Source: Octopus vulgaris (taxonomy: Eukaryota). From it: a DNA stretch of 64,000 nt. Positions 13,292 through 24,858 of this stretch are shown here, piece by piece (the stretch's first letter is position 1; each line of letters begins with the position of its first letter). Location: NCBI GenBank assembly GCA_951406725.2, contig OX597816.1, positions 51,088,001-51,152,000 on the forward strand, written 5' to 3'. The notes beneath the pieces were generated by a model. That model was not told the origin of the DNA, made no database searches, and was given only the letters and a program-made list of their open reading frames with translations. The position numbers were made by a program, and so were the translations under genes.

Positions 13292-13752
13292 GGATCTTTT
13301 CTTTTTGAAAGCCAGATTTTTCAGATTTTTCTACTTAACTAAATAATTTGAAACTTCGTATACTGGTAGAATGTGTCAAAAGAAAACAATAATTTCAACT
13401 AGTTTTTTTGACAAAAAATATATTTTATAAGTTTAAACGTAGTTTAAATCTGCGAATTTTAACCAATCATATCGTCTGTTTTCATTTGAAATTATTAGCT
13501 GCATAGTGTTAATGTAACGTAGATAGCTATTTTTTGAGTGGGTAAGCAGTAAGCAAACAGCTGTGGTAGATGTGGTTATCATGGCAGTGGTGATAGTGCT
13601 GACAGTGGATGTGTATGATGGCAGCAATTATAGTGTTGGTGTTTTTGTAGAGGTGGTGGTGGTAGTGGTGGCGGCAGTGGATGATCATGATAATGATGAT
13701 GATAGTAGTAGTAGCATTGATTATGTTAGGATGTCTCATGGATGGTAGTGTT

Positions 13753-13788
<36 letters not shown>

Positions 13789-14367
13789 TATGTATGGATC
13801 AAAACAGTTTGATTCAAATTCTGTGGTACTTATATATTCATACATACATATACATGTAGATGTATATAGCATATATATATTGTATGTAAACATCTTTTAT
13901 ATATATAATGTATGCATCTATAATACACACACATTATAAATATATACACATATATGCATATGCATTAGAATTTGTGTATAGGTGTATATATATATATATA
14001 TATGCATATGTTTGTATACATGTGTGTGTAGGATCTACACAAATTTTATATATACTCCACGAAGTTTATGATAAGCGGAGATGTTTACATTTTAGTTAGC
14101 TATTTACATGTCTACGTTATCTACGTCACAAAATAGCTGTTTACGTCACAGTAACAATATTTTGAGAAGCAGTAAATAATATGAGACCGAAAGAAAGAAT
14201 ATCATTGGTTAAAATTCGAATTTTTAAACAACGTTAAACTTAGAAATTATAATTCCATTTTCATTTTGGTTTACAATTATGTTTTCTTTTAACACATTCT
14301 ACCAGTATACGAAGTTTCAAATTGTTTAGTTAACTAGGAAAATCTGGCTTTCAAAAAGAAAAGATCC
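13292..14367. mobile_element. Non-autonomous DNA transposon with long TIRs (Mutator-like), low-complexity interior
   Basis: GGATCTTTTCTTTTTGAAAGCCAGATTTT at the left and AAAATCTGGCTTTCAAAAAGAAAAGATCC at the right; inverted similarity extends ~250 bp. TSD only partial (CCCAAACCC / AAAAAACCC). Confidence 0.8.
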
Positions 14368-14982
14368 AAAAAACCCTATGTATATAAATGTTTACTCTTC
14401 CTAATCTGGGATCAGGAAAATAGCTATTGCGTTCGTTCAAAATTGCTATATCTCTGCCCCAAATTTCGTCGCAATGAGTCAATTTTAGAAACAATTACCA
14501 GCAATGCGAGTGTAGTCAATAATGAAAAAAAAAAATGGACGTAAATTATTTGCTATATTTAGACACATTTCTCAGCGTTATGAATTTAAATCAGCTGAAG
14601 TTTGATTTGTTTTAAATTCATTCATAATCGTTAGGATAAAAACAAAACCAGAACTGAAGTTCGATTTCATTAACATTATATTCTCTTGCATAGTAAAAAG
14701 AAAAAAAAAGAGAAGAAATGAGATTGGGAAAAAAAAATGAAAAGAAAAATGACAATGAGACAACCATTAATATAAACATTGAAATGAGACGAGAGAAACT
14801 TTTTTCTGTCTCCTTAGAAATAATGTTAACTAAATTCAGATAACATTGATTCTTAAGTAGAGTTTCACTTCTGAATCTAGAAAAAAAAACACAAAACACA
14901 CGCTCGCAAACAACTGAAACCACAAAATACACACGTTCCCAAACACACATGCACACACACACACACATACATACACACACAT

Positions 14983-15015
<33 letters not shown>

Positions 15016-15019
15016 TGCA

Positions 15020-15056
<37 letters not shown>

Positions 15057-15058
<2 letters not shown>

Positions 15059-15210
15059 GGTAAGCCTCTTTCAGTGTCTGTCTACCGAACCCACTCACAG
15101 GGGTTTGATTGGTCTGAGGCTATAGCAGAAGTCACTTGCGCAAGCTGTCACACAGTGAGACTCAACCCGGAACCACGTAGTTGGGAAGCAAGCTTCTTAC
15201 CACACAGTCA
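15057..15210 (-). mobile_element. tRNA-derived SINE head (Meta-like core)
   Basis: Minus strand GTGACTGTGTGGTAAGAAGCTTGCTTCCCAAC...CCGGGTTGAGTCTC...GGTAGACAGACACTGAAAGAGGC; homologous to 1646-1793. Confidence 0.75.
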
Positions 15211-15475
15211 CATGAAAAATATAGTTACAGAGATAGAAAATCACATATAAAAATACACATGTGTATAAGCGTGTGTGAAAGAGGCCACAGCCAGATACGA
15301 ACTGTGTGTGACTATTTAAAGAAAGGAAAAATATCTCGTGTAAAAACACAAATAATTTGAACACGACACCAAAACTCAGTGTACACAGTAAAGAAAACAA
15401 TCGATTTCATACTTTCGATTTTATTTAATTGACTAATAAATGTTTTTGCAATTTTCTCATAAAAACAGTAATTTT

Positions 15476-15799
15476 GGATCTTTTTGGTTTGAACGGCAGT
15501 TTTTAATATAATTTCTAGGTAACTAAAATATTTTAAACTTAAATTTCTGCAATGTCAACCAATCAGTGATGTCTATTGAGTTAAAAATCATTCTGTTCCG
15601 TATGAATATGTCCCTCGTTTAAGAAACAGATTGGGTTTACTTACATCTGTGACGAAAAAAGATACCCTTCCCCACCCCTAACTAACCTTAAACCCTAAGA
15701 GAGATTGAAATGCAATAGATCGATTCTAGGGTCATAATTATGGGTGACAATTTCATATGACACCGCTAGAAAAAAATACCGTTCAAACCGAAAAGATCC
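15476..15799. mobile_element. MITE with GGATC termini and 8-bp TSD (Mutator-like)
   Basis: TIRs GGATCTTTTTGGTTTGAACGGCAGTTTTT / AAAAAATACCGTTCAAACCGAAAAGATCC; GTAATTTT duplicated at 15468-15475 and 15800-15807; internal CCCTAA motifs. Confidence 0.85.
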
Positions 15800-15889
15800 G
15801 TAATTTTTGTGTAAGACAATTACATTAGGGACATTTTATCAGAAAAACTCTAATTTTTGTGAAAGTCAATTACATAAGCCACAGTGCTC

Positions 15890-16025
15890 TCAAGTGGTGC
15901 CGATTTTAATGAATCCGAAAGAAAAATTCGGCCTCGGCGTTAATTGAACTAAGAACGTAAAGATTGACGAAATATGTCTAAACATTTTGACTGGCGTGCT
16001 GACGGTTCTGCCAGGTTGCCGCCTT
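15890..16025 (-). mobile_element. Degenerate Nin-type SINE
   Basis: Ends TGGCGTGCTGACGGTTCTGCCAGGTTGCCGCC, the reverse complement of the family head; CCTCGGCG core remnant. Confidence 0.6.
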
Positions 16026-17070
16026 CCTATTGACAAATAATAATTAAAAAATTTAACTGGGACCAGCGCATCTGTTTATTATTATCGTAACACCACTCCC
16101 GAGATAAAGCATAATCTGTTTGGGGCACACAAGTTCATGCCCGCATTACGAAAATGAAAAAATGGATGTTTATGCAATTCTCAAGCTCTCCGCTCGAAAT
16201 TTATGTACCCAGAGCTGTTCCCGATGGATTTCAAGGTGTTTGAGTTCTCAAATTAATTCATTTATTCTGAGCTGATATAAATACCTCATAACCATATATG
16301 TTCTATTTCTTTTAGCACCTCTTTCCAAATGAGTTTCGGGTAAAAATCTTTCCTTGGCATACACTTATATTCTTGTTTCTCAATTCTCTTCTTCATATGC
16401 ACAAGGACTTACGCAAATCATTTTAGATTTTACTTCCTACACCTGATCTTTCATTACTACTTACTTTTCCCCACTTTAAATTCTCTGTCACGCTTACTAT
16501 CAAAGTATTACGCAATATAAATACCATAAGCGTATATATCTGTGTTTATGTATGAGTGTGTGCGTACGTGTGTATTTGTGTTCATTTGACTGTGCGTTCT
16601 TCTGTTACCCCGAGCGCCAAGACAACTATTAAATATCACGATGGATGCAACAAAAGATTCTCTGCTCAACCTAATCCATCTCCTCTCTCTACTCCTTCCT
16701 CTTCCTACAGCCACAACCATTATTATTATTGCTGTAACTATAATCACAAATACTAGAGCTACGTTCTTTGTTGCGCATTTCTTATACATTTTACAACGTA
16801 TGCTTCGTCACCGTCATCTCATCGTAGCAAGTTCATGTGCGCACTGTTGCTTAGTTTCTTTCTATCTTATGTTGAATAGCTTCTAATTGAAACGTCAAAT
16901 TGTAGAGAATCAAAATTTCAAGGCAATGGTCACCTAATACAATTCCAGATAGATGTGGAAATGATTTATTCACTGAGTCGTATTCTATGCTGGCCTTTCA
17001 CTACGTAAAAGTATTCGTGTAGCACAGCATACAAAACGACAAAACATTCAGCGGCAACATGTCTATTCTC

Positions 17071-17335
<265 letters not shown>

Positions 17336-17811
17336 ATGTATGTATTTATCCCTCAAATTCTTGGTGTATATTGTACTTATGTGCGTGAATGTAGGTAAGT
17401 ATATATGAAGGTATGTATATACATGCATGTGTGCGCGCACCTGTGTATTTACAGAGAGAGGGATACATATCTAAATGTATAAGATCTATGAATGGATATA
17501 TGTATATACATACACACACATAGAAAATCCTTATACGTATTCGTGTATATTACACATATGCACACTGAAATAAACGCAGGTTCTCACATTAATCTTTATG
17601 TAATCTTGCATGTGTGTGTGTATATACATACATGCATACACACACACACACATATATATATATACAGAGAGAGAGAGACAGGCAGACAGACAGACAGAGA
17701 CAGAGAGATATAGAGAGAGATGTATATCGTTAATTCTACGCGTAAATGTATACATTTATATACATTTACGCATAGAATTAAGATATATATCTCTCTGTCT
17801 CTCTGTCTGTC

Positions 17812-17868
<57 letters not shown>

Positions 17869-18195
17869 GACATACATACATACGTACAACATACGCATAT
17901 ATATATATATATATATATATATTGACATACATACATACGTACAACATACGCATATATATACATATATTTGTATATCGTGTGTTTATATATGCACAACCAT
18001 TTTTAGTCTTAGTAGCGAAGTGAATAAGTATTTTTCTACTTCAGCGTTTGAATGATTGATTGAATAAAGAAAATTTTCTTTAATTCGTTTAATGCCAAAC
18101 GTTAAGCGCAAATGCAACTAGTCTCTCAGATGTAATTATTTCAAATACGTTATTTAATATCTCTGCTTCAGAGGAACATACACACATATAGACAT

Positions 18196-18257
<62 letters not shown>

Positions 18258-19348
18258 ATGTATACGGGCTATTCATATATACCTATCTCTCTATAATTAT
18301 GTCTAGCTGTATTTTTATGTATATACATATGTGATTGTAGGTGTGTGTGTGTGGATGGTCGGGGTGTATACATCCCTATGATTTGGACATCAAGGCATGC
18401 CTCTTGAATTTTATTCAATCTACCTGAATGAGAGACACGTATCTTGAAGTGGCTGTCAAACAGTTACAACACATACTTATAATATATACATACATAAATG
18501 AATACACACACGCACAAACACAAACACACATATATATGTACGTATGTATGGATGTATTTATATAGGTATACTAGCAGTATAACCCGGCCTTGCCCGGGAT
18601 TAAGTTACGATTATTAAGCTAATCAAGTTCTTTATTTCAAACCAAACTAAGTAATATCGACGTCAAATTTGGGCAAAATCTGTTGAAATTGGTTATATTA
18701 TATATATATTAAATATATTATATATAATATAATATAATATAAATATATATGGACAACAGACACGAACACACATGTACATACGTACACCTATTGCATGTTT
18801 TGTGCATGCATACATGTTCATAAACAGAAATGAATGGGAAAATGTTGTTAAATTTGTAGATTAGCACTCGGACGATTTTCACTAAGAAAAATAATCGGAT
18901 TTTTTGGGGTGGAATCAACTAATCTGGCCTTTTAATATGATACAAAACCCTTTTTGTGGTCCGTGAAACAGAGTTGGTGTGGTGGAAGCCTCGGAAATTG
19001 TACCCATTTATATTGTGCAATTCAGTGACAAATTGCTACTCACCTCTTTGTTTCTTTGTTGTTAAATAAATGGATTGTCAACAAAACACTTTTTTACTCG
19101 GCGTAAAATAAAAACAAAACTCTTTCGCACCCAAAGTAATGTGTGAGAGAGGGGAGAAGAAAGATGAAAGATTTAAAATGAATAAATGATTTAAAATAAA
19201 TATATTGTAATTGTTGTGTGAGAAAGTATATATACTATGATTATAAAATATAGTATCTTTCAAAAACTTCCTAAATTTGAACACTATATCTCATGTTTAA
19301 AAAAAGACAAATCATTTTACTTTTTATATTTTATGAAAGTCGTCACTT

Positions 19349-19399
<51 letters not shown>

Positions 19400-19403
<4 letters not shown>

Positions 19404-19790
19404 TTTTCAAAAATATTTGGGGAAAATTTTCAAAATTTCTTGGGGCATATTTTCAAAAGATGTTTCTAAAATTTTGGGGAAAATTTTCGAAATACTTTTC
19501 AAAAATTTTGGAGGAAAATTTTCAAAAAGTTTTTCTAAAATTTTGGGGAAAATGTTTGGGGAAAATTTGCCAAAATATTTTCAAAGATTCTTGGGGAAAA
19601 TTTTCAAAAAATTTTTCTAAAATTTTCTGGAAAATTTTCGAAATAATTTTCCAAAATTCTTGGGGAAAAGCTTCAAAAAATTTTCCAATAATTTCTGGGG
19701 GAAATTTTCAAAAAGCTTTCCAATAAGTTTTGAGGAAATTTTTCAAAAAACTTTTTTTAAATTTTTGGGAAAAATTTTCAAAAATTTCTG
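19400..19790. repeat. Degenerate A/T-tract minisatellite inside the Helitron
   Basis: Recurring TTTTCAAAA / TTGGGGAAAA subunits about 11-12 bp apart; source of spurious ORFs 19237-19620 and 19460-19726. Confidence 0.8.
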
Positions 19791-20590
19791 AGACAATATG
19801 ATGTTTTTACTATATTGTGTGTGTCCTTTTAATTAATTTTTTTTTAACTAAACAATTTCGAACTTCCGTTACTGGTAGAATGTGACACGAAACTCTCAGT
19901 TTTTTACTTACTTTCTAACTTCTGCCGATGATATATATATATACATATTACATAAATGTATAAAAACAATCTTGTCCCGCAATCGAACCAATGAAAGATC
20001 CTCTACCTGGTCGCTCCACACGTTAAAAATAGCAGCCAAAGTAGCCCCCTACCTAAATCACACGCCCATTGTATGTAATGTCCTAGATTATCCCTAAAAA
20101 GTCGGTTTGCTGAAGACTGGAATGTCTTTGATGATACGTTTTCAGTATCAGGGTTGATTTGAGGCTAAATAACAACATTATAGTCAATTTCTATATTAAC
20201 ACCCGCATGATTTTCACTAAGAAAAAAACGATTTTTTTGCGTGGAATCAAGACCTTGATCTCCTAATTTGCTGCAAATCCCTTATTTTGGTTCGGAAAAA
20301 ATTAGGTGGGGTTCACCCTCCCAATCCCGGAATCTATCGAAATGTTTTTTCGTTGAATGAGTTCCTGTGACCTCCTAATATTGCAAAATTAGGTTACTTA
20401 AAGTGAGCCTGGTAACTCCATCGTTTCGGGATCTTGTTGTTTGTAATTCTTGGTGATCCATGGTGCAACCATTAACATGGTAAAAATCCCTGCCATAAAT
20501 TTGGTGTAGATGGGTAATATCAAATAATTCAATCACAACATATATTTAAATTCTTATAACAGCAATGTCTGGAAAAATCATGGATGATTG

Positions 20591-21092
20591 CATGGAAAAA
20601 TGCAAGCATGAAAAATAAGATTCTTACGATTATAAACCTGGAAAAGTACAGGACAAGTTATTACACCTGTAAGAGTATAGGACAAGCTATTACTTCAAGT
20701 AAAGTATAAGAAACTTTTTACTTAAAATATTGCAGCTAAAATTAAAATTTGAATATAAAAAATTATTTTATTATAGTTTTCAAATCACACCATACATATT
20801 TAAGTACAATTTGGCTACTTTACTACTTTAAATACAGAAAATAGTGACTAATTAGAAAAACTTGCAGATTAGCTGAACAGTGTTGCGCAATAAAAGATGA
20901 GAACTCTAAAGAGTGATAAATTAGAAGAAGTGGCATTCTTTGTTACAATATTTTAAGTAAAAAGTTTCTTATTCTTTATTTTACTTGAAGTAGTAGTTTG
21001 TCCTATACGTTCACAGGTGTCATTACTTGTCCCTTACTTTTCCAGGTTTATAATCTTAAGAATATTACTTTTCATGCTTGCATTTTTCCATG
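20591..21092. repeat. Long inverted repeat (~145-bp arms, ~205-bp spacer)
   Basis: CATGGAAAAATGCAAGCATGAAAA...TATAAACCTGGAAAAGTA...AAGAAACTTTTTACTTAAAATATTG (20591-~20735) is mirrored at ~20943-21092. Confidence 0.85.
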
Positions 21093-21171
21093 TATATATA
21101 TAAATACATGACAGTACATGAGGTTTGTTAAAAAAAACGGGGATCATGTATATACCTCCTGGCTGTTGAGA

Positions 21172-23985
21172 TTATAACACCTCGTAAACAATGTTTCATG
21201 TTTTTCCTTGTGGAGCATATACAAAAAGGTTTCTTTTGGTTCCTACTCTTGAGCAGCCAACATACATTTGCTCATGCGAGATGCAGGGCTCCTCCAAGAG
21301 ATGACCAGCTACAGAGAGGGTTTGACCCTGAGATTTGTTAATGGGCATGACAGAGCTGACACGAAGGGGGAATTGCAGTCTTCTGAATGTAAATGGAATT
21401 TCTGCTCCTGATGGAGTAAGAGGAATTCTTGGAATAAAGACGTCATCACCTTTTCCACACCCAGAAAGAATGATCTCCTCGATAACGTGTGACATCATTT
21501 TCTTTATCACCAGTCGTGTTCCATTGCAAAGTCTTGGTGGTTTCAGATTGTGGAGTAGCATTACAGGAGTTCCAACTTTAAGTGCTAATATGTGTGGAGT
21601 TAGTCCAGGAGGCTCCAGTGAATGGAGAAATTCAGGAGGATAGTTCACAACTTCATTTATATCTGGAATTGTATCAACAGACTTGTAAGTGTGTATAGTG
21701 CCGGGAAGAGAATGCATTAGCTGTTGATTAAATCTATTAACAGCGACGTTTTTTGGAGCTAATATTGCTCTTTCACACAGCCAATTGTGATTCTGGTAGT
21801 TTTGTGTGAAGTTGGGAAATACCTCGCTTTTGAGGTCATCTACAGAATTAACAACAGAGGAAAATGACCACACTTCCATTTGTCCTGCATCATCTAGAGG
21901 CATCGCCTTCACCAAGTGTCAAAATGTCCTGTGCAAACTTTGTGGACATTTTGTCGCCGTGTAGCTGAGCTCTGATGTTAGTGGTGAGACTGCGGATTGT
22001 AACATGATGCCACAGGGTAGAGGACTTTAGGCATGCTTGGACTTCATCTGCTCTAGTGCCTTTCGGAATGACAGGAAGAGTTTGCCTGAAATCACCTGAC
22101 AACAGAAGCGTTACACCTCCCATTGGAGCCTGACAGTCTCGGATATCTTTCAGGGCTCTATCTAATGACAATTAGATGACACATTTTAAGTACTTGTCCC
22201 CGATCTGAGCATTTGTTGATGTTGCATGAAGGCATTTCGGATGCTGCTAAATTGAGAGGGAGTTTAAAAGTTGAGTGTGCTGTCCTGTCACCGGGTAACA
22301 AAGTAGCTGCAATGCCAGAGGAGGCTACTGCTACTGCAATGTCCTGATGCTGCCTAACTTCTGCAAGGAGAAGCTTTGTAATAAATGTTTTTCCTGTCTC
22401 TCCAGGAGCATCGAGGAAGAAGATTCGTCCCTCGCGTTGGCGTACACTGTTAAGAATAGTTCTGTAGGCCTGCAGCTGGTCCGGAAGTAATTTAGGCTCA
22501 TTTTCAACAATGTAATTTGAAAGCGCTTGAGTGTCGTAGGTTGTTTCACGAATGAAAGCAGAGGGAAGGCTATTTGACCCAGACCCGAATGCTTGTGGCA
22601 GGCCATACGTCGACAATTCATTTCCACCCAGTTTAGCAATTCTGTCTTAATGTCAATGAGTGTTTTGTTATAGATTTCATTGCTGATACCCTCCATGTCA
22701 GGATAGAGCAGTTGAGCTTGGCACTGAACGTCTTCAGCCAGGTTGTCTCTATATTTGAGCCATGGAGTGGCCGGATCACACAGTTCGCATGCCTGTAGTA
22801 ATACTGCAAATACTGAGACTTTTAGGTGATTGTGATAAAGCAGCCTCTCCTAAAGTTGCATCCCATTGTGCAACATCTTCTAACAGACCTTGTCGATAGC
22901 AGGCTTCTCTGTATGTTGTGCAGACATGTCCATGAACGGATTTTAGGGCCTGGAAAGACGTTGGCCCTCTGACCTTATGCAATAGTAGACGAAGGTAGAA
23001 GCACTCTTGTTGAGTGGGATGCACTATGTATATTCGCCCAAGGCAAGTGTGAAACTTAATGCCAGGGTATCCATGGACATTTTGACCTGCTTTCCGTGGG
23101 GCCCATTTTTTTCCATTCCAAGTGTAGTACGATGAAATCTGTGGATATAGCAAGGTTTGAGCGAATGGATCCACTTGACAAAGCTTGAAGAATGCAGTGA
23201 GTGTGCTATCCCTTGGTTCCTCTGCCAACAGAGAAGCATTAGTATCGGTGAAGTACACTCTTTGACCAGGTGCACTGCAAGCTGTTGAATGGTGGGGTGT
23301 CGTTGGTGAATTGGAAAGCCAAAGATACGCCAGAAAGCATCGTTGCTACTTATGTACCGTCCCACCTGATAATGCGTCACCTCATCCTGGCAGTATTCTT
23401 GTTGATGTCCAAACATTGCAGCGTCCGAATCCTTGCTCACATATTTGCAAACGTACTTAATGGATTTAAAGGAGTTGCAAAACTCAAAGTTGATGTGAGC
23501 ATTGAAAGTCTTTGACAGAAGTGGGCAGTATGGAAAAATCCATTTATTATCAATATCGTGCTGTCCGATAGTTGCTGTGAAACCTCCGTCTTCTGGTTTT
23601 CTGCATCTGTATGATGGATACCCATCAGCACCTGTCTGAGTTTCTTGTAGGAACCTCCTTGGAAATCTTTTTGAACATATGCTGTCCTTCAAGCATGGTG
23701 AGTTTATGTTGAATCCACACCCACATGGACCATGTACCATGTTTGCTTTAACTATTTCGTATAGTTCTTTGTCTAAAGCTGGATCAGGAAGCTCTGCAGA
23801 GATTATGTTGTCGATGTCATTGGAATTGATCTTCGCTGAGAGTCAAAGCAGGATATAAGCATGTGGAAGGCCCCTTTTTTGCCACTCGATTGTGCACATG
23901 TCACATTGTATGGGCCCAAAGACTTGCCCTTTTTGTATGAGCTCCATGAGAGAGATTAACTTGAGATGGAAAACCCGGGCGTTCA
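21172..23985 (-). pseudogene. Helitron RepHel (HUH Rep + Pif1-family SF1B helicase), disrupted and N-terminally truncated
   Basis: Rep: EWQKRGLPHAYILL (HUH motif with H>Y), MVHGPCG, KSIKYVCKYVSK (Y2 motif). Helicase: FFLDAPGETGKTF, VASSGIAATLLPGDRTAHSTFKLP, GDFRQTLPV, AILAPKN, LCNGTRL, QFPLR..INKSQGQTL, HEQMYVGCSRV. Several frameshifts, Walker B deleted near 22160, and a premature TGA at 21196 before NIVYEVL* (true stop 21172). Confidence 0.95.
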
Positions 23986-24106
23986 GATTCCGGTTCGAAT
24001 GTAAGGCAGGTTTGAAAGTGTTCCCAACATTATTTGTTGTAGTGGTAGAGGGTTTATGCCGAATAAGTACGTATGCATGTATACATATGTATGCATGCCT
24101 GTATAT

Positions 24107-24245
24107 ATGTACAAAATCCACTGAGAAGGCTTTTGTTGGTCTGAGGCTACAGCAGATGACACATGCCAAGTCACCACACAGTGGGACTGAACCCAGGACT
24201 ATGTGTTTGGAACGTAGTTTGTTACCACACAGCCACACCTGCCCC
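24107..24245 (-). mobile_element. tRNA-derived SINE head (Meta-like core) immediately 5' of truncated Rep
   Basis: Minus strand GGGGCAGGTGTGGCTGTGTGGTAA (A box)...GGGTTCAGTCCC (B box); homologous to 1646-1793. Confidence 0.8.
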
Positions 24246-24773
24246 TATGTATGTGTGTGTGTATGTGTGTGTGGGTAGATATATTATGCATGTATATATG
24301 TGTATATATATGTGTACATATTACATGTACATCTATATATATACATCTACACATAAAATACAAAATACAAAGTTATATCTTGATATCGCTAGTGATAACA
24401 ATACTCAAAATATATAACAGACTGGAATTGTAGGCCCGTCTCTTGCAATTTCGATCAATTGGATCTTTTCTCCCCTCTTGTATAGAAGTGTACGGCTGCA
24501 GCGAAATTCATTTTTGGACTTTCTTCTATCGAAGGCATTTTAACAAAAATGCCTCCGCAAAGACGGGGAAAATATTGTTGCTCAAGTGACTACAGGCCAT
24601 TTCTTTCGCCTCTCGACATTAAAGGATTTAAGGAGGTTATAATAAGGAGAGGTAGCTTAATAAATATATTATACATTTAGTTATCATGAGTGGGGTGGAA
24701 TTTAAACTCGGATATGTTGGTGAAAGGATATTTCTCCTGGGTCACCTATAGTATTCCTCCCACTACGCAACTT

Positions 24774-24858
24774 AAGTACCAGTTGCGTACTGGGATCGAT
24801 CTAATCGACTGGTCCCTTCCCCCAAAATTTCGGGCCTTGCACCTAGAGTAGGAAAGAA
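24774..24858 (+). mobile_element. 3' fragment of Nin-type SINE variant
   Basis: TAAGTACCAGTTGCGTACTGGGATCGATCTAATCGACT matches the body of 5880-5920. Confidence 0.6.

Larger units (their letters stand above)
18571..24354 (-). mobile_element. Helitron remnant with RepHel coding region; 3' terminus intact, 5' terminus not found
   Basis: Minus strand ends CCCGGGCAAGGCCGGG-TTATACTG-CTAG|T (CTAG at 18571-18574, hairpin 18583-18598), correctly oriented downstream of RepHel. That the whole span is one element is inferred. Confidence 0.7.

Noticed and set aside
18192-18261. Perfect palindrome CATTGA(TA)nTCAATG
   Set aside because: Almost all of the symmetry comes from self-complementary (TA)n; only ~6 bp of flank is informative.
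21196-22616. Host PIF1 helicase gene
   Set aside because: Intronless, fused to a HUH Rep domain, frameshifted, Walker B deleted and linked to a Helitron terminus.
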